From positions 992,001 to 1,056,000 of the forward strand of contig LSRY02000020.1 of assembly GCA_001643675.2 (NCBI GenBank): a DNA stretch of 64,000 bases. The letters are read 5' to 3'. This stretch comes from Monocercomonoides exilis PA203. Its lineage: Eukaryota; Protista; Preaxostyla. Within the stretch, counting starts at the first letter, position 1. Each line of letters begins with the position of its first letter. The translations under genes were made by a program, and so were the position numbers. This document shows, one piece after another, positions 13,494 through 27,660 of the stretch. Below the pieces are notes generated by a model, which saw only the letters and a program-made list of their open reading frames with translations, ran no database searches and was not told the origin of the DNA.

Positions 13494-14549
13494 ATGGTAT
13501 GCAAACGAGATCTTCATGATGAGGATTACATTACTTCACCGAACAAACTCTTCCACGACGAAACCTGCACAGGGGAATGGTTCAAAAGAGAAATAATTGA
13601 AATGAGCCTCCCAATGTGCAGAGTTCCAAGATGCTATCAACGAATTTATCATGATAAGAATTATCACTGTTACACTTGTCCAAAATGCAAGATCAAAAAA
13701 AGCATTCTTTCAAGAACATCTTTTAGCTGAATAAAGATTGGACTAGGCGTGACTTTTCTGATTTGTTTATATTACTGGCTAGGGATTCAAAACAAAACAA
13801 TTTCTTTGCTTCTTTCTGTTGATAAGGACACAGTCGGATTCTGGGGAAGTGTGATTCTGTGAGCTTGTTCACAAATGTGGAAGGAAAGACAGCAAGTGAT
13901 TGGAGGCGAGGGAACAACAGTTGAAATTGATGAAGCAATTTGGCGAAAACGGAAGAACAGGAGAGGAAGAAAGAATAAGCAAGGATGGATTCTCGGAGGG
14001 GTGGAAAGATTAGAGGGTGGTGGAGCGGGGGAACGGTTAATGGTTGTCGTTCCAAACAGAAAAAAGGAAACTTTGATTCCAATTATCCAGAAACACATAA
14101 AAGCTGGAACATTAATTATTGCCGATGAATGGCGAGCTTATTCTTCACTTGAAACAGTTGGATATAAGCATCAAACTGTGTGCCACAAAAGACGTTTCAG
14201 AGACCCAGAAACTGGTGCGTATACAAATACAATTGAAGGGTTATGGCAACATTTGCGATGCACTTTCCATCGATTTGGAACAAGGATCAGACTTATGCAT
14301 GATTATCTTTCACTGTTTTTGGTGAAATCAACATTCAATTTAACGTTTATTCAATTAATAAAATATCTGTGCTTTGAAAAGGAAATTGAACCTGTTCAAG
14401 TGGAAGAAGAAGAAGAAAAAGAAGAAATCATCGATGAAGATGAGAAAATTGCAATATGGATGATGTTGTCAATGAAGATAGCGATGTTGAATTTGATGAA
14501 GATTTCGGAGCAGGAGATGGAGCTAGTGCCTCTGAATATGAGCCTTTAA
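13494..14549 (+). mobile_element. Merlin/ISXO2-like transposase, near full length (2 in-frame TGA)
   Basis: Cys-rich N-terminus (CRVPRC..CYTCPKC), GGEGTTVEIDEA, WILGGVER, IIADEWRAY, HQTVCH, TNTIEGLW, then an acidic tail. Confidence 0.93.
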
Positions 14550-14771
14550 TATTATTCTTATTTGAATAATATCATTTAATATGTTTTTTTATATTTTCGA
14601 AGCTTTTTTAAAACAAATCAGTCAATTTCTAAATGTTAATTCGAAAATTTTTATTTTTGATCAAAAAAAATTTTTTCAACTGTTTCTCCATAAACATGTT
14701 TCCGCAATTTATCATTCTCAAATAACTTATGCACAACATGTATTATTATATTCAGTAAAGTTTCATAGATA

Positions 14772-16300
14772 GTTGGTTGATAACCCGGGAAAAAGTCGAC
14801 AACCCGGGAAATTTTCTTAATGATCACCCCCTTTATGTGTTGTTATAAAAAAACAACGAGAGAAATTTAACCTTCGCAGATTTATATCTTTTCTTTCTTC
14901 GTCTGAATATTGAAAGCATTCAACAAGGCAACAAAGAATCCTGAAAATAATTGAAAAAGAAGGTTTCAGAGCATCAGATGTATTCAAGGCAGGATTGATT
15001 TCGAAGAGTGCATACTACAGAGCTGTAAAGGCGAAAATTGAACAAAGAGACGTCGGAATATACGGAAGACACTGAAAAATCAGAAAAAAGTGTCTCGATG
15101 GAATCTCAATGAAAATAAAAAATGATTTTCACCATCTCAAAGGAACAACTGCAAAGCAATGTTCAAATACAGTTTGAATATTTTTATCACAATATTTAAT
15201 GTTTTTTTATTTTAAATAGGCTTGTTTTATTTCTTCTTCAAAAAAGAACGAAGGCGTTCATAAAAAGGCTGTGAATAAAAAGTGAGGTTATTCTTTTATT
15301 TCCAAAATTAAAAAATCTTCATGAAAAAAGCCTGCAAAACTTCCAATAAATAGAATCGAACACTCAACAAGGCTCATTTTGCGTTCTTTTTTTGAAGATT
15401 TGGAAGAATAATATAAGAAGAAGAAATATATTCAACAATTAATATTTAATCTGGATGAAACTTACATCTAAAGAGACACAACCGAACCAACGAAGATATT
15501 CACTCCGCAGGATTGCCCCATCCCAATTTCTCAAGAAGCACCTCTTCCTCCATCAATTTCTTTGCTTTTACTTATTTCTGTTGACGGGGAGCATTGCAAG
15601 ACTTCTGTGATCAGTCATTCAACATTTCTTCCTCTGGAATATGCAAAGGCCAATTCCGATAACTTTGTTTTCACTGGCACAACAAAGAAACAATGGATTC
15701 TTCATTATTTTTTGATCAGTTCAAATTTATTGTTGTTGATTCAATTGATTGAAAAAGAAAACTGATGAGATAATCAAACTTTCCTGCATGCCTGCATATG
15801 GATGGTGCAACAACACACACGAACAAAGATGTTTTGGAACTGGCAAAGGAATAAATGATCGATATTGCATTTCCTCCTTCGCACACCTCGCATATCGTCC
15901 AGCCATTAGATAAATATGTCAATTCAAATATCAAGAAAATTATTCACACTGCTGATTCATACATTGTGCGAAGCAATGCATCATCAAACAGATCCAACTT
16001 CGTCAAAAAACTTAAGGAAGCATTATCGGAAGCATTAAAGCCATCTACCATCGTGGCATCTATCAGAGATTCTGGTATTTGACCTTTATATCCTGAAATT
16101 GTCCTGAAAAGCCTCAGTGAAACATCTCCTGTTGAAGGTTGCGAAGCTTCCATCAACAAAACTCACTTGATTGATAACTCGAAGTGCAGAATTTTCACTT
16201 TCGATTAAGTTTTTTCATATATTCACATAGAATATTTCATTGTTTCTTTTTTAAATAACTGTTTTCTATTAATAAAAATTTACACAGGTTATCAACCAAC
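14772..16300 (+). mobile_element. pogo-like DNA transposon with 14-bp TIRs and a degenerate transposase
   Basis: TIR gttggttgataacc (14772-14785) and ggttatcaaccaac (16287-16300), with TA on the left. Motifs IFNLDET, CLHMDGATTH and FPPSHTSHIVQPLD. Putative intron at 15172-15219. Confidence 0.88.
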
Positions 16301-17019
16301 AAGAAATCTGGGCATACCTATACATTCGGATTTAGCCTGATTCATTTCCAAAATTTCATTGGCTTCTCGAAAGGTGTGCTTTTTTCAGTAAAATTTCTTA
16401 TATCTATAATATTTAAAAGTTTCTATTATGATCTTTTCCACAAGAATTTATTCAATGGATGAAGTGAAAGAACACTTGAAATTGACAGTTGATGAAGCAA
16501 CAAAAATGGTTTCTATATTTGGAAGATGTATGGAAAATAACAATTTAAAATAGCATTAAGATATAAATGTGTAAAAAATTCATTTGAAAGCTGATATTTT
16601 TTTCAATTCATTGGACTCTCTCCAATTGATAAATTCAAGAAAAATAATAAAAGGTATTTTTTGAAAATAATTTAATTGTGCGTATTGTATAGGTTCAACG
16701 ATTTTACAACATCTTTAGTTGCAGATGCTCTCAGAAATTCCTTATTTCAAAATTTTGAACAGTTTGATGAAATGTGAAAGCATTTATTCAAAAATTTTGG
16801 GCAATTCAAACAATCAATTTATTTGTATATATTATTATTGATTAAAAATAGTTTTGAAAGAGACATATCGCAATATATTACTCTTTTTAATGGAAAATGC
16901 AAATATCGGAAAAGTTTTCCTTATTTTGTGGATGTTGAGGTTTGGAACAATTAATTGTTTTGTGAAAAATTCTTATTTGCTGTTGTTATTTCATTTTTTT
17001 TTATCATCACAGATTGAAT

Positions 17020-17576
17020 TCCATCTATGCATTATTCATTTACTTGTTTCATTTTCAAACACTCCTGCAACAGTGATTTCTCATTGTATCGAATTCCTTG
17101 GTGAACCTTCAAACGAGGAATTGGATTTAATGTCAAGTGAGACATTTGCGTTTTCATCCGAATTTTTGAGAGAACCATTTTATAGTTCATTTTTATTTGG
17201 CTCTCTTTCATGCGAAGAGGATCAAAAAGAAATTCTTTTTTTCGATGTCTTAGAAGGACTTAGAAAAGAATTCGAAAACATTGAACGCGAAGCCCAGCGA
17301 TTTCGCATGAGAGACTGGAAGAGAGAAAGAGAAAGAGAAATTGAAATGAATCCATCAAGACGGATTCCATTAACCTCTGATAGTGAATGGAAGAGCGAGT
17401 GGCTTAAGAGAATACCTGGCTTAAAAGAGCAAGAATCATCTTTTTCAGAAAGGCAGATTGCTTCAAGGCATTCTTCTTGTGCAGAATTAACAGGAGATAA
17501 CGATTCTACATTAAAATCAACATACAATTCTCAGAAATTAAATGCTCAAAAATTGATAAATTCTTCATTGTCTTGA
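17020..17576 (+). CDS. Hypothetical protein fragment, charged
   Basis: GC-richer part of ORF 16854-17576. No recognisable domain. Confidence 0.3.
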
Positions 17577-17993
17577 TTGATTTCATTTGAAGAAAACAAA
17601 ACTTTAATATAATAAACTAAAAACTTTCAAAATATATTTATTAAATTTCAAAGTTAGATTTATTGTTTTTCATGTTTTGTTTTAATAAATCGTAAAACCG
17701 AACATTTTTCCACTTTATCTTTTTACAATATTTCACATCTTTTCGTTCAATTAAAAAATACTCAAACTTTTTCAATAGTTTCAATTTGAAATCTCAGAAA
17801 TATGAAAGAAAAATATTATAACATTTCTTCTCAAAGATACATAAAAAAACATTCAAATTCCGATAATTCTTTTATTAATATTTATAATCAACATCTCAAG
17901 TATTCAAAAACACTATTGATGCCTACACAAAAATTCTAGATTCAAAGAAATAAAAATGAAGAATGATAGATGATCAAATAAACGACATTCTAA

Positions 17994-18380
17994 TTAAAGT
18001 TCAATTGGACATTCTTTTGAATTGTCGCTTTTCTTTATTGATTTCCTATCTTTTGATTTCCTTGGAGGGTTGACAGGTTTAACTTCAGGTTTTGAATGAA
18101 CACCTTTCCTTCCTCTTGACTTGCTCTTGGTCCCTTTAATCTGTGTTTTTTTACCAGCCTTCGCATTCGATGAACTTTTCCTTCCAACTTTCTTTATTTT
18201 TGTCTCTGATGAATTTGCTTTGCTCCTCTTGTTTGTCTTTTCCTTACCTTTCACAATTTTTCTTGATTCATTTCCTTTTTTTGGAATCACTCGTTTCACC
18301 GAGACAATTCTAACTTCTCTTAATCTGGTATCTTCCAATTCAGCATCCAAGTCCTTAAGTGAGTTCTTTCGCCTTGTCAT
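17994..18380 (-). CDS. Small, highly basic Lys/Arg/Ser-rich protein (128 aa)
   Basis: Uninterrupted ATG-to-stop ORF with a TATATATA run ~55 bp upstream. Confidence 0.4.
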   Translation of the reverse strand: MTRRKNSLKDLDAELEDTRLREVRIVSVKRVIPKKGNESRKIVKGKEKTNKRSKANSSETKIKKVGRKSSSNAKAGKKTQIKGTKSKSRGRKGVHSKPEVKPVNPPRKSKDRKSIKKSDNSKECPIEL

Positions 18381-19346
18381 AAACTTCAGTAATTATTCAA
18401 AATAAAAAGTTTGGTAAATTTTTCGTTAAGAACTATATATATATGAGAACATAGTTATTAGATCTAATAGTGCACAAATGAGAATCTATCGTTATGGTTT
18501 TTTGATCATAAACTTTGAAAACATTTGATACGATTTTTCACAAAAGAATCATTGAAAACAGCGCTTTGGAGTTTATCTGTATTTATTTTTATCATTAAAA
18601 GTCATTATTAACAACCAAAAAAATAAATAAAGAAAATTTTTGAGTTATATTTTGGCGCAAAAAATTTTTTGATAAAGTTTCATACTCGAAAAAAAAAAGT
18701 GATTTATTGGTCATAGTCATTATTCTCAACTGATTTTTTTGATATTTTTCTTTAAATTTAAAAATAAAAATGAAATGTTTTTTCACTTCTCACAAACAAT
18801 TTATTTTTTTTAAACTTTTTGAATTTTCTATTTTTTTGATTTATTTTATTATTGATATGTTTTATTTATAAAGGTGTAATTTTTCCCCTGTTGTACTCTA
18901 TTCTGTGAAAACAGTTAACTGTTTTATGTTTCAAAAGTCATCAAAAATCAGTGAAACAGAGAAAAATGAAAATTTTTGATCAAACATGAAAGTGTGAACT
19001 TTTGAATACAAAAATGATTTCAAAATTACTATATAATTTTGACCTAATGAATTGGAAAACAAGATTGAATTATTAACTTCAAGTGAGGTTTTTCACTCTC
19101 CCCACTAAATTAAAAAAAATGGCACACATTCACACACTAAAAAGAAAAGAAAAGAAAATAAAAGAAAGAAAAAAAGAAAATGATCAATATCAAAAATCGG
19201 AGGTGTAAAATTGTTCACTTATTATTAGAATCACAAAATTTTAAGATATTTCAAAAGAATCAATTCAATTATTCTATTTCATCGTTTTCAACTCAAAATT
19301 GTTTGTTTTATAAAATCATACAGAAAGGAAAAGATAAAAGAGAAAC

Positions 19347-20782
19347 ATGCAGATTCATTTCACATTCCATCGTCATTATCAATCCCGTCTCCGCACCCAA
19401 ATCCACCTCAATTTCCACTCTCAAACACCCTCTTCTCCAACATCTCATCTCCCCATTCCAATCCATCTCTTCCATCCCTTCCCTCACACTCACTTTATCC
19501 ATTCACATCAACCACCTCAACCTCTTCTTCCTCTTCCACCAACACCAACACAAACATCAATTCAATCCCCTCTTTCTCTCTTCACTCATCTCTCTTCATC
19601 CACTCATCCATCTTCATCCACACCCACAACCCCATCGATGGTGCCATCCTCCCCAACCTCAACAGCCCATCCACTTCTCTCTCTGCCTTCAACGCTTCTT
19701 TTCTTCACCAAACACGCTTTTCATCAAATGGACCTATTGGACATGTTGGAACTGAATCTCAAAGAGCGAAACCTGGAAGACTGGACTCTTTTGATCTGAA
19801 TAGCCATAAATTTGAATGGTGCGAATGGAATGATTCAAATGGTGGATCTTCAGCAGGTGGTGCACTTTTTGTAAACAAAGCAAATGCCAACCTCACAATC
19901 ACTTCTTGTTCGTTCAACAATTGTTCAACAAATGATCATGGTGGAGCGTTATATTGTGGATATTTGTTAAAAATTGATATCACAAAATCCAATTTCACGA
20001 GTTGTTCAGCTGCTCATGGAGGAGCAATTGATATAGATGGCCATCAATCATCTTCTGTTAATTCATTCTCAGATAACATGGTGGGAAATTGTTCAATAAC
20101 AAATTGGTGTGGAACTGGTTGGTATTTCTTACTCGATAACATGACATCGTCTTGCCAATTCCTGTTTTCCAAATGTTGGTGTATCGCAAATTCTGGTGGT
20201 GATTCTGCTGGCTCTCTCACATTTCATTGGCCTCCACAAAATAAACCAAATCAATTTTCAATCAATGATTGTCAGTTTATAAACAACAAATTGACAAGTT
20301 CATCAACTTCCTATGGTGGTGCCGCAATGTGTTTTTATCCTCCGTATTCCTGGATGAATGAAGAAAAATTCATCACATTCTGCTTCTTCGAAGGAAATAC
20401 AGCAACAAATGGCAGAGGGAATGACGTGTTCTTCAGTGGCAATTCCATAACTCAATCTCCATTCGAGAATTGTGGATCAACAACAGAATCAAATAGAGTG
20501 TATAATAATGGGCAAGCTGACAATGCAGTGTATAATGGCTGGCTCCCCCTCATTGCCCAGAACAAAATCGTTTCTAACAGCGGAACTGATGCTGATGCCT
20601 GTGGCAGACCCCAACAGACCCTATGTGCCACCATCGAGTATGCCTTCACTGGCTTCATTTCCCTCCTCCAAAACGCCTCTCTCACCCTCCTCACCTCAAC
20701 ATTTGCTCCTCTTCAAGCACTCACTTTCAGCACATGTGATACAAAAATCACCGGAAACGATATCCTTTTTCATTTCCAGTGA
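19347..20782 (+). pseudogene. Right-handed beta-helix / pectin-lyase-like repeat protein remnant (surface-protein-like)
   Basis: Repeated GGA(L/I/A) and CxFxxC/N motifs (NFTSCSAAHGGAI, CQFINN, YGGAA, FCFFEGNTATNGRGNDVFF, CG....CATIEYA) after a P/S/H/T-rich N-terminus. Stop or frameshift near 19800 and a truncated 3' end. Confidence 0.7.
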
Positions 20783-21711
20783 TTTCTTTATAATTTCCTT
20801 CCATTTTCTTTATCGGTCATTTTCCATATCATAATATATTTCTTGAGCCTTCGTAGCTTTTCATTTGAGGAGTATATCATAACTTGTCTTTCGAGAAGTC
20901 TGATATTTGCTCATACAAAAATATTTCTTCGAAATTTCTTCATTTATTTTCTCTTCTTCATCGAATGAAAATTAAGCTTGTAGCTTTAAGGAATCATCTA
21001 TTTCTTCTCTTCAAAAATAATTTCTTCAAGCATAGCAACAATCCCTTCAAAAATATCTGTTTCTTTTGTTTCACTGGTTCCAACTTGCCTGTTGGCTGTC
21101 GAAGCTCTCATCTCATTGAATTGTCCTTCAAATATTGATTTTCCAATAAATCGCTTTCTCTCTTTGTTTCATCTTCGATGACTCATTAAAAGTGTATCGC
21201 ATTGTGAAATCTCTGGAAGATCATCCATGCAACTGTTTGTTCAAAAAAATCTTTTCCAACCTTGTTATTTCTTCTTCCTGTAATTCTTTCAATCTCAAAA
21301 TGAATTATGCAGAAGCAACCTTCATGGATTGTGCACCCGATGATCGGCTATTCTTGGTTTGATATTGATCACTTCCATCGCTATATAATTTCAGCTGACA
21401 TTCAGTAATTGAATAAATTTTTCTTTTGTTTTTTCTTTTAAAAATGAAAGACGATGGATGGTAGAGAATTTTATTATTTGAATGGAATGAAAACACCAGC
21501 ATTTTTTTTGTTGATCATCGAAGGCTCACTAAAGAAGAAGATAAGAAAAAAGATATGAATGCTCGTTTCATCAAGTAGTTGAATTGAGCCACAAAAATGT
21601 ATTCGAAGGGTAATGCTTTGTTTTTGCTCACAATTAGATCAAAAATCAAAAAAGAAGTTGAATGAGCAGAAGATCGCTGATGTGAGAGACAATTGAGAAA
21701 TGTTGAATGAT

Positions 21712-23149
21712 TCATATTGAAAGATCATCATCATCAGAAGAAGAAGTAGGAGGATGAGGAGGAGAAGAAGTGAATGAAGTTGATGTGCTTGTAGATGCAA
21801 ATGTTGAGAAAGTGAATGGTGTTTCGATAATTTGCTGATGAATCCTTCTTCGATTTTTGATTTCAGGCAGAAAATCTAAGCAAAGTGTGGTTTGAATCGT
21901 TACAGGCTTATTTTTCTTTTTTGTTGTTTTCATCATTTCTTTTGCTCCTCTTTCTTTCTGAGTCTTTCTAATGTCTTTGTCAAAGCCATCTCCTTCTTCT
22001 TCTTCTTCTGTTTCCTCTTCCTCTTCTTCTTCATCTTCATCTTTCTCATTATCGATGCATTAATCTTTCAGACACAACGATCCCTTTTCATCTTTATCAC
22101 ACACTAACTCATTTGCACTCCTCTTCTCATCCTTCTTCTCTCCCTTCCCCTCCTTCTGACCGCCAACCCGAATCAACTGGCTAGCCACATACGCTTCATA
22201 GTTCAGAAGGATGCTCTGTGGTTCAAACACATCCCTCGTTACTGACACGCTGCTGCTTGCAAACACACCAGCATTGCCCAATCTGCTCTTCCCGAGAATC
22301 GCACGAGGGATCGGCACAGTCAAAAGCGGTGGCAGCGAGAAAGAAGAAATAGAAGAAAAAATAGAGGAAGAAGGAGAGGAAGAAGAAGACATGTTTGATA
22401 AAGAGGCAAAGCTTGGGCTTGATATGTCAAGGGACTTCTGCGTGAGTGAAGAGAAGTCTGTGGCAGGAGATGAAGGAGTGAGTGGTTTCGGCGGAGTTCC
22501 AACAAGATCAGAAGGGGCAGACAATTGTGTGTGTGACAAGGGAAAAAAAGGTGGAGAAGCAAATGTTGAGGATACCTTGATGTTTTCAACGTGTAACTTA
22601 GCAGATGAGAGTGAGCTGTCAAACGAGTAAAATGTCTGCTGCTGTTCATCTTCATCGTCGCCTCCTTCTTCTCTTCCCATGTCCCTCCTCCTCCTTTCTG
22701 TTACTGCCTGTGGAAGCCTTGTGTCGAAAGCGTCAATTTGAGATGCAATAAACTCGTCTTTTTCCGTCTTCGTCTTCGCCTTTGGCTCTTCCTGCTATCT
22801 TTCTTTCCTCTCCTCTGAACTCAATTTGCTTCTGAAATCCGCCTTCTTTGCCTCTTCCATTTGAACTTGCACTCCTCTCTCTTCGCTTCTTGGCGGCGTC
22901 ATTCATCGAGCTGAAGACTGTGATGTGTCCGGCAACTTCTTCCCCCTCCCATCCCGATTCACCCGATTCAGCTGTTGGTGCACTGAATCCGAACGAAGAG
23001 CCGAAGCAGATCGGAAAACACTGCTGCAGAAGAGGAAAACAGCTTCGATTATCATCCATTGAAGCTATCGAATGTGAAATGGAGACAACTGCGAAGAAGA
23101 GAATAACAAAAAAAGAGGGGGAACAATGAGGAATAGGGAGATATGTCAT
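21712..23149 (-). pseudogene. Low-complexity S/E/K-rich host gene fragment
   Basis: Consecutive minus-strand ORFs (22733-23149, 22060-22680, 21712-21936) with coding-like GC content. Function unknown. Confidence 0.4.
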
Positions 23150-25920
23150 ACGTTGTTGAAACTTGAGGTATCTGAGCAGAGATTACGTTCCATCTTTTGT
23201 TCCGAAAGAGAAGTGTCTGTCTTGTTCCGTTCAGCCAATGAGCTGCCCATGCAATCAAAGCAGAGTTACGAAAAATGCAGGTAAGTTGTGTTTTCTTGTT
23301 TCGTTTTTCCTGTTGTTTCCAAAGCAACCCCACAAATTCTCTTGGTATGGGTTTATTGTTGTGTTTCAGCCGATCTCCATGCGATCCTCTTTCTTGAATG
23401 CTTCTGTCTTATTCATTCCACACAGATTAATCGAGTCGTTTCCTTTCACTCCAACAAATAATTAATATCCATCCTTTAGCCACCACTTCATTATTGCATT
23501 CTTTGAAACCCAATTATTGTAGTCATAACCCACTCTCTTCCCATCAATGTTCGTTGCGCAAGATTCATTGAACTAGTTGTTCGATGTATTAAAATGATTA
23601 TAAAAGCCATAATTTATTGTATCGTGACCATATGAAGCGGAAGCGTTAAATCTGCAATCGTGGAAAAAAAAAGAAATAGCAATAAATGTTATCACCTGGA
23701 GCATCTAATTGATATGGTCTGAAATCCAATCCTTCGCCAACTGACACTGCTGAGCACTAAATAAATTGGAGGCTCCGAATTTTGAATGCGGCTGGAACAC
23801 CGTAGCAATTCATCCCTCCTCCAACAGTATTTGTGAGTGATCGTCCGGTGAATAACCCCTCGAAGGTTCAATCATTCTTTCCTTTACAACTTTCCTTTTC
23901 AATGTGGCTTTTCAAATCTGAAATTTTCCTGGAAGAATTCCTTTTGGCAAACAAATTTGAATGATGACTTTTTAGCAATTCTCAGAATATGCCTATCGAA
24001 TAATTAGCAAAATTATTTTCCTTTCCAACTATTATTATCTGGCTGATCCTTTTTGAAATCATACTTTCGTTCGAGTTTTGATCAAAAAAAACTTTCTTAA
24101 AGGGATTTTTTTAAAAAAACAATTTCTAAGAAATGTTATCATGTGATGTGTCCATTAACCGTTGAAGTTCTTTTTTTCTCAATTCCATTGAAATAGATTT
24201 TTTGATCAAAACTCGAACGAAAGTATGATTTCAAAAAGGATCAGCCAGATAATAATAGTTGGAAAGGAAAATAATTTTGCTAATTATTCGATAGGCATAT
24301 TCTGAGAATTGCTAAAAAGTCATCATTCAAATTTGTTTGCCAAAAGGAATTCTTCCAGGAAAATTTCAGATTTGAAAAGCCACATTGAAAAGGAAAGTTG
24401 TAAAGGAAAGAATGATTGAACCTTCGAGGGGTTATTCACCGGACGATCACTCACAAATACTGTTGGAGGAGGGATGAATTGCTACGGTGTTCCAGCCGCA
24501 TTCAAAATTCGGAGCCTCCAATTTATTTAGTGCTCAGCAGTGTCAGTTGGCGAAGGATTGGATTTCAGACCATATCAATTAGATGCTCCAGGTGATAACA
24601 TTTATTGCTATTTCTTTTTTTTTCCACGATTGCAGATTTAACGCTTCCGCTTCATATGGTCACGATACAATAAATTATGGCTTTTATAATCATTTTAATA
24701 CATCGAACAACTAGTTCAATGAATCTTGCGCAACGAACATTGATGGGAAGAGAGTGGGTTATGACTACAATAATTGGGTTTCAAAGAATGCAATAATGAA
24801 GTGGTGGCTAAAGGATGGATATTAATTATTTGTTGGAGTGAAAGGAAACGACTCGATTAATCTGTGTGGAATGAATAAGACAGAAGCATTCAAGAAAGAG
24901 GATCGCATGGAGATCGGCTGAAACACAACAATAAACCCATACCAAGAGAATTTGTGGGGTTGCTTTGGAAACAACAGGAAAAACGAAACAAGAAAACACA
25001 ACTTACCTGCATTTTTCGTAACTCTGCTTTGATTGCATGGGCAGCTCATTGGCTGAACGGAACAAGACAGACACTTCTCTTTCGGAACAAAAGATGGAAC
25101 GTAATCTCTGCTCAGATACCTCAAGTTTCAACAACGTATGACATATCTCCCTATTCCTCATTGTTCCCCCTCTTTTTTTGTTATTCTCTTCTTCGCAGTT
25201 GTCTCCATTTCACATTCGATAGCTTCAATGGATGATAATCGAAGCTGTTTTCCTCTTCTGCAGCAGTGTTTTCCGATCTGCTTCGGCTCTTCGTTCGGAT
25301 TCAGTGCACCAACAGCTGAATCGGGTGAATCGGGATGGGAGGGGGAAGAAGTTGCCGGACACATCACAGTCTTCAGCTCGATGAATGACGCCGCCAAGAA
25401 GCGAAGAGAGAGGAGTGCAAGTTCAAATGGAAGAGGCAAAGAAGGCGGATTTCAGAAGCAAATTGAGTTCAGAGGAGAGGAAAGAAAGATAGCAGGAAGA
25501 GCCAAAGGCGAAGACGAAGACGGAAAAAGACGAGTTTATTGCATCTCAAATTGACGCTTTCGACACAAGGCTTCCACAGGCAGTAACAGAAAGGAGGAGG
25601 AGGGACATGGGAAGAGAAGAAGGAGGTGACGATGAAGATGAACAGCAGCAGACATTTTACTCGTTTGACAGCTCACTCTCATCTGCTAAGTTACACGTTG
25701 AAAACATCAAGGTATCCTCAACATTTGCTTCTCCACCTTTTTTTCCCTTGTCACACACACAATTGTCTGCCCCTTCTGATCTTGTTGGAACTCCGCCGAA
25801 ACCACTCACTCCTTCATCTCCTGCCACAGACTTCTCTTCACTCACGCAGAAGTCCCTTGACATATCAAGCCCAAGCTTTGCCTCTTTATCAAACATGTCT
25901 TCTTCTTCCTCTCCTTCTTC
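22367..25920. repeat. Large palindrome with ~1723-bp arms (22367-24089 and 24198-25920) and a 108-bp spacer
   Basis: Mirror ORFs have a constant coordinate sum of 48287. One mismatch noticed (22660 vs 25627). Confidence 0.97.
24420..24830 (+). pseudogene. Second beta-helix-family remnant (mirrored at ~23460-23870 on minus)
   Basis: TVGGGMNCY...FI*CSAVSVGEGL...CYFFFFHDC...YGHD...FNESC resembles the 19.3-20.8 kb gene family. Confidence 0.45.
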
Positions 25921-27201
25921 TTCCTATACTTCATTTTCCCAGCAAAACATTTCATTCATAAAGTGTTATCGTTGTGAAGATGTTTCAGTCAATGATAGCG
26001 CAAGAAATCAATTGCATATGCAAAGAAAGCAAATTATAGAAGATAGGGAGAATTCATTCCCTTGGAATGCAAGGAATGATTTATAAAAACTGGAACATCA
26101 TCATCTGTAATTGATACAGTTTCAAGTTGAGGGGAGAAAAAGCAAAATTAGGTATCTTTGATTATTTCATCGAAATATTTTTCCTCATGCAATTGGATAC
26201 TGTTTTTGGTTATTTTTTTTTTCCTATTTAATCAAAATTGTGAAATACGGATAGAAAAATAAACAAAAAAGAACAAAAAAACATCGTGAAATGATCAATT
26301 ATATCTTGTTGCTAACTGCAAGTGATTTTGATTGCTTTTATCATTGGTGAATAAAAGAAAATTTTTTTTCACAGTTCATTCAACAAAAACAATTCAATGT
26401 TTTTTGATCATAAAACATATTAAACAAATCTTATCAATTATATGTCTTTTTTATATAAATGGATAACTGTAATTAATATTTAAGTGTTGTTTAAGAAAGT
26501 GATTCTTGAGTATTATTTTCTATGCTAATATAAATTTTATTTGAAAAAGTTAATTCGAAAAAGACAGACTTTATTCCAAAAAATTATTTATTTCAACAAA
26601 AGGAGTATATTCAGAATAAACATTATTTATTCGAATATTTTTTTTTCATTTCAATAAATTTTTTTATTTCAATTCCATCTATTTAAGAAAAATTTTGTTT
26701 GATTATTTAGCACAAGTTCTCTTCGCCTTTCGACCATGAAATTCTTTAATAACTTTATAATGAATTGTTTATTGTTGAAATGCATTTGAAACGTGCATAT
26801 AAATGAGAGTTTATAAAAATAATGTTTTTGAAGTGTTTAAAATTCTAAATTTTTAAAATTATCAATGGTGATCTAATATGAAATAATTCAGAATATTCAA
26901 TTTTATCTGCTTCACAGTCTCCTTCTCCATCCTCATTATCACATGGGTAATTTCGGGCAAGATAAAACAAATATGTTCCCGAATTTTTTCAATTAGATTG
27001 AATCAAATAATTATCTTATGATTTCTAAGTTAATATGTGACCATTTTTGTAGGTTTCTTTTTTTTTCGTTTTTTCAATTAAATTTTTTATTCAAATTCTT
27101 TCGAATAAAAGCTTTTGAGCACTGCTTTCGCTGTGATCGAAATCTTTTCTATTTTTTCAAAATCAATTTTAAAGTCTAAATCTCAATTTTTCTTGAAAAA
27201 T

Positions 27202-27431
27202 GGGTAATTCTTTTTAAAAAGTCGCAAATGTTTAATTTTCAAATCAAACGAAAATTTCATATTTTGTTCAAAATTTCGTTTCCACTTATGAATCTTTTTT
27301 TGAATGTGTGAAATCGCATTATACTTAAACAGATTCTATATTAGTTAAATTTGGTGTATGCCAACGAAAATTTGAGCATAATATGAAAATTTTGATTTAT
27401 TTGTAGATTAAACATTTGCGACTTTTCAAAA
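27202..27431. mobile_element. MITE family A copy, right terminus eroded
   Basis: gggtaattctttttaaaaagtcgcaaatgtttaat ... attaaacatttgcgacttttcaaaa. Confidence 0.8.
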
Positions 27432-27660
27432 TTCATTTAATGAATTTTTTAAAATTTGTCTTTTGAACACATCATGCGAGTGAAAAAGCCAATTTGCAGG
27501 AAAGACTGAGTATCTTTTTCTCGCATCAAAAAAAGGTGAAAATGCATCATATTGGAAATCCAAAAAATGTTAATCGAAAAAATCTGAGTTTTTAACATCA
27601 GTTTTCTAGTATAATAAAATAGGGTAAGGAAAAATTCTGCTGCTGATTCTATATGTCTCC

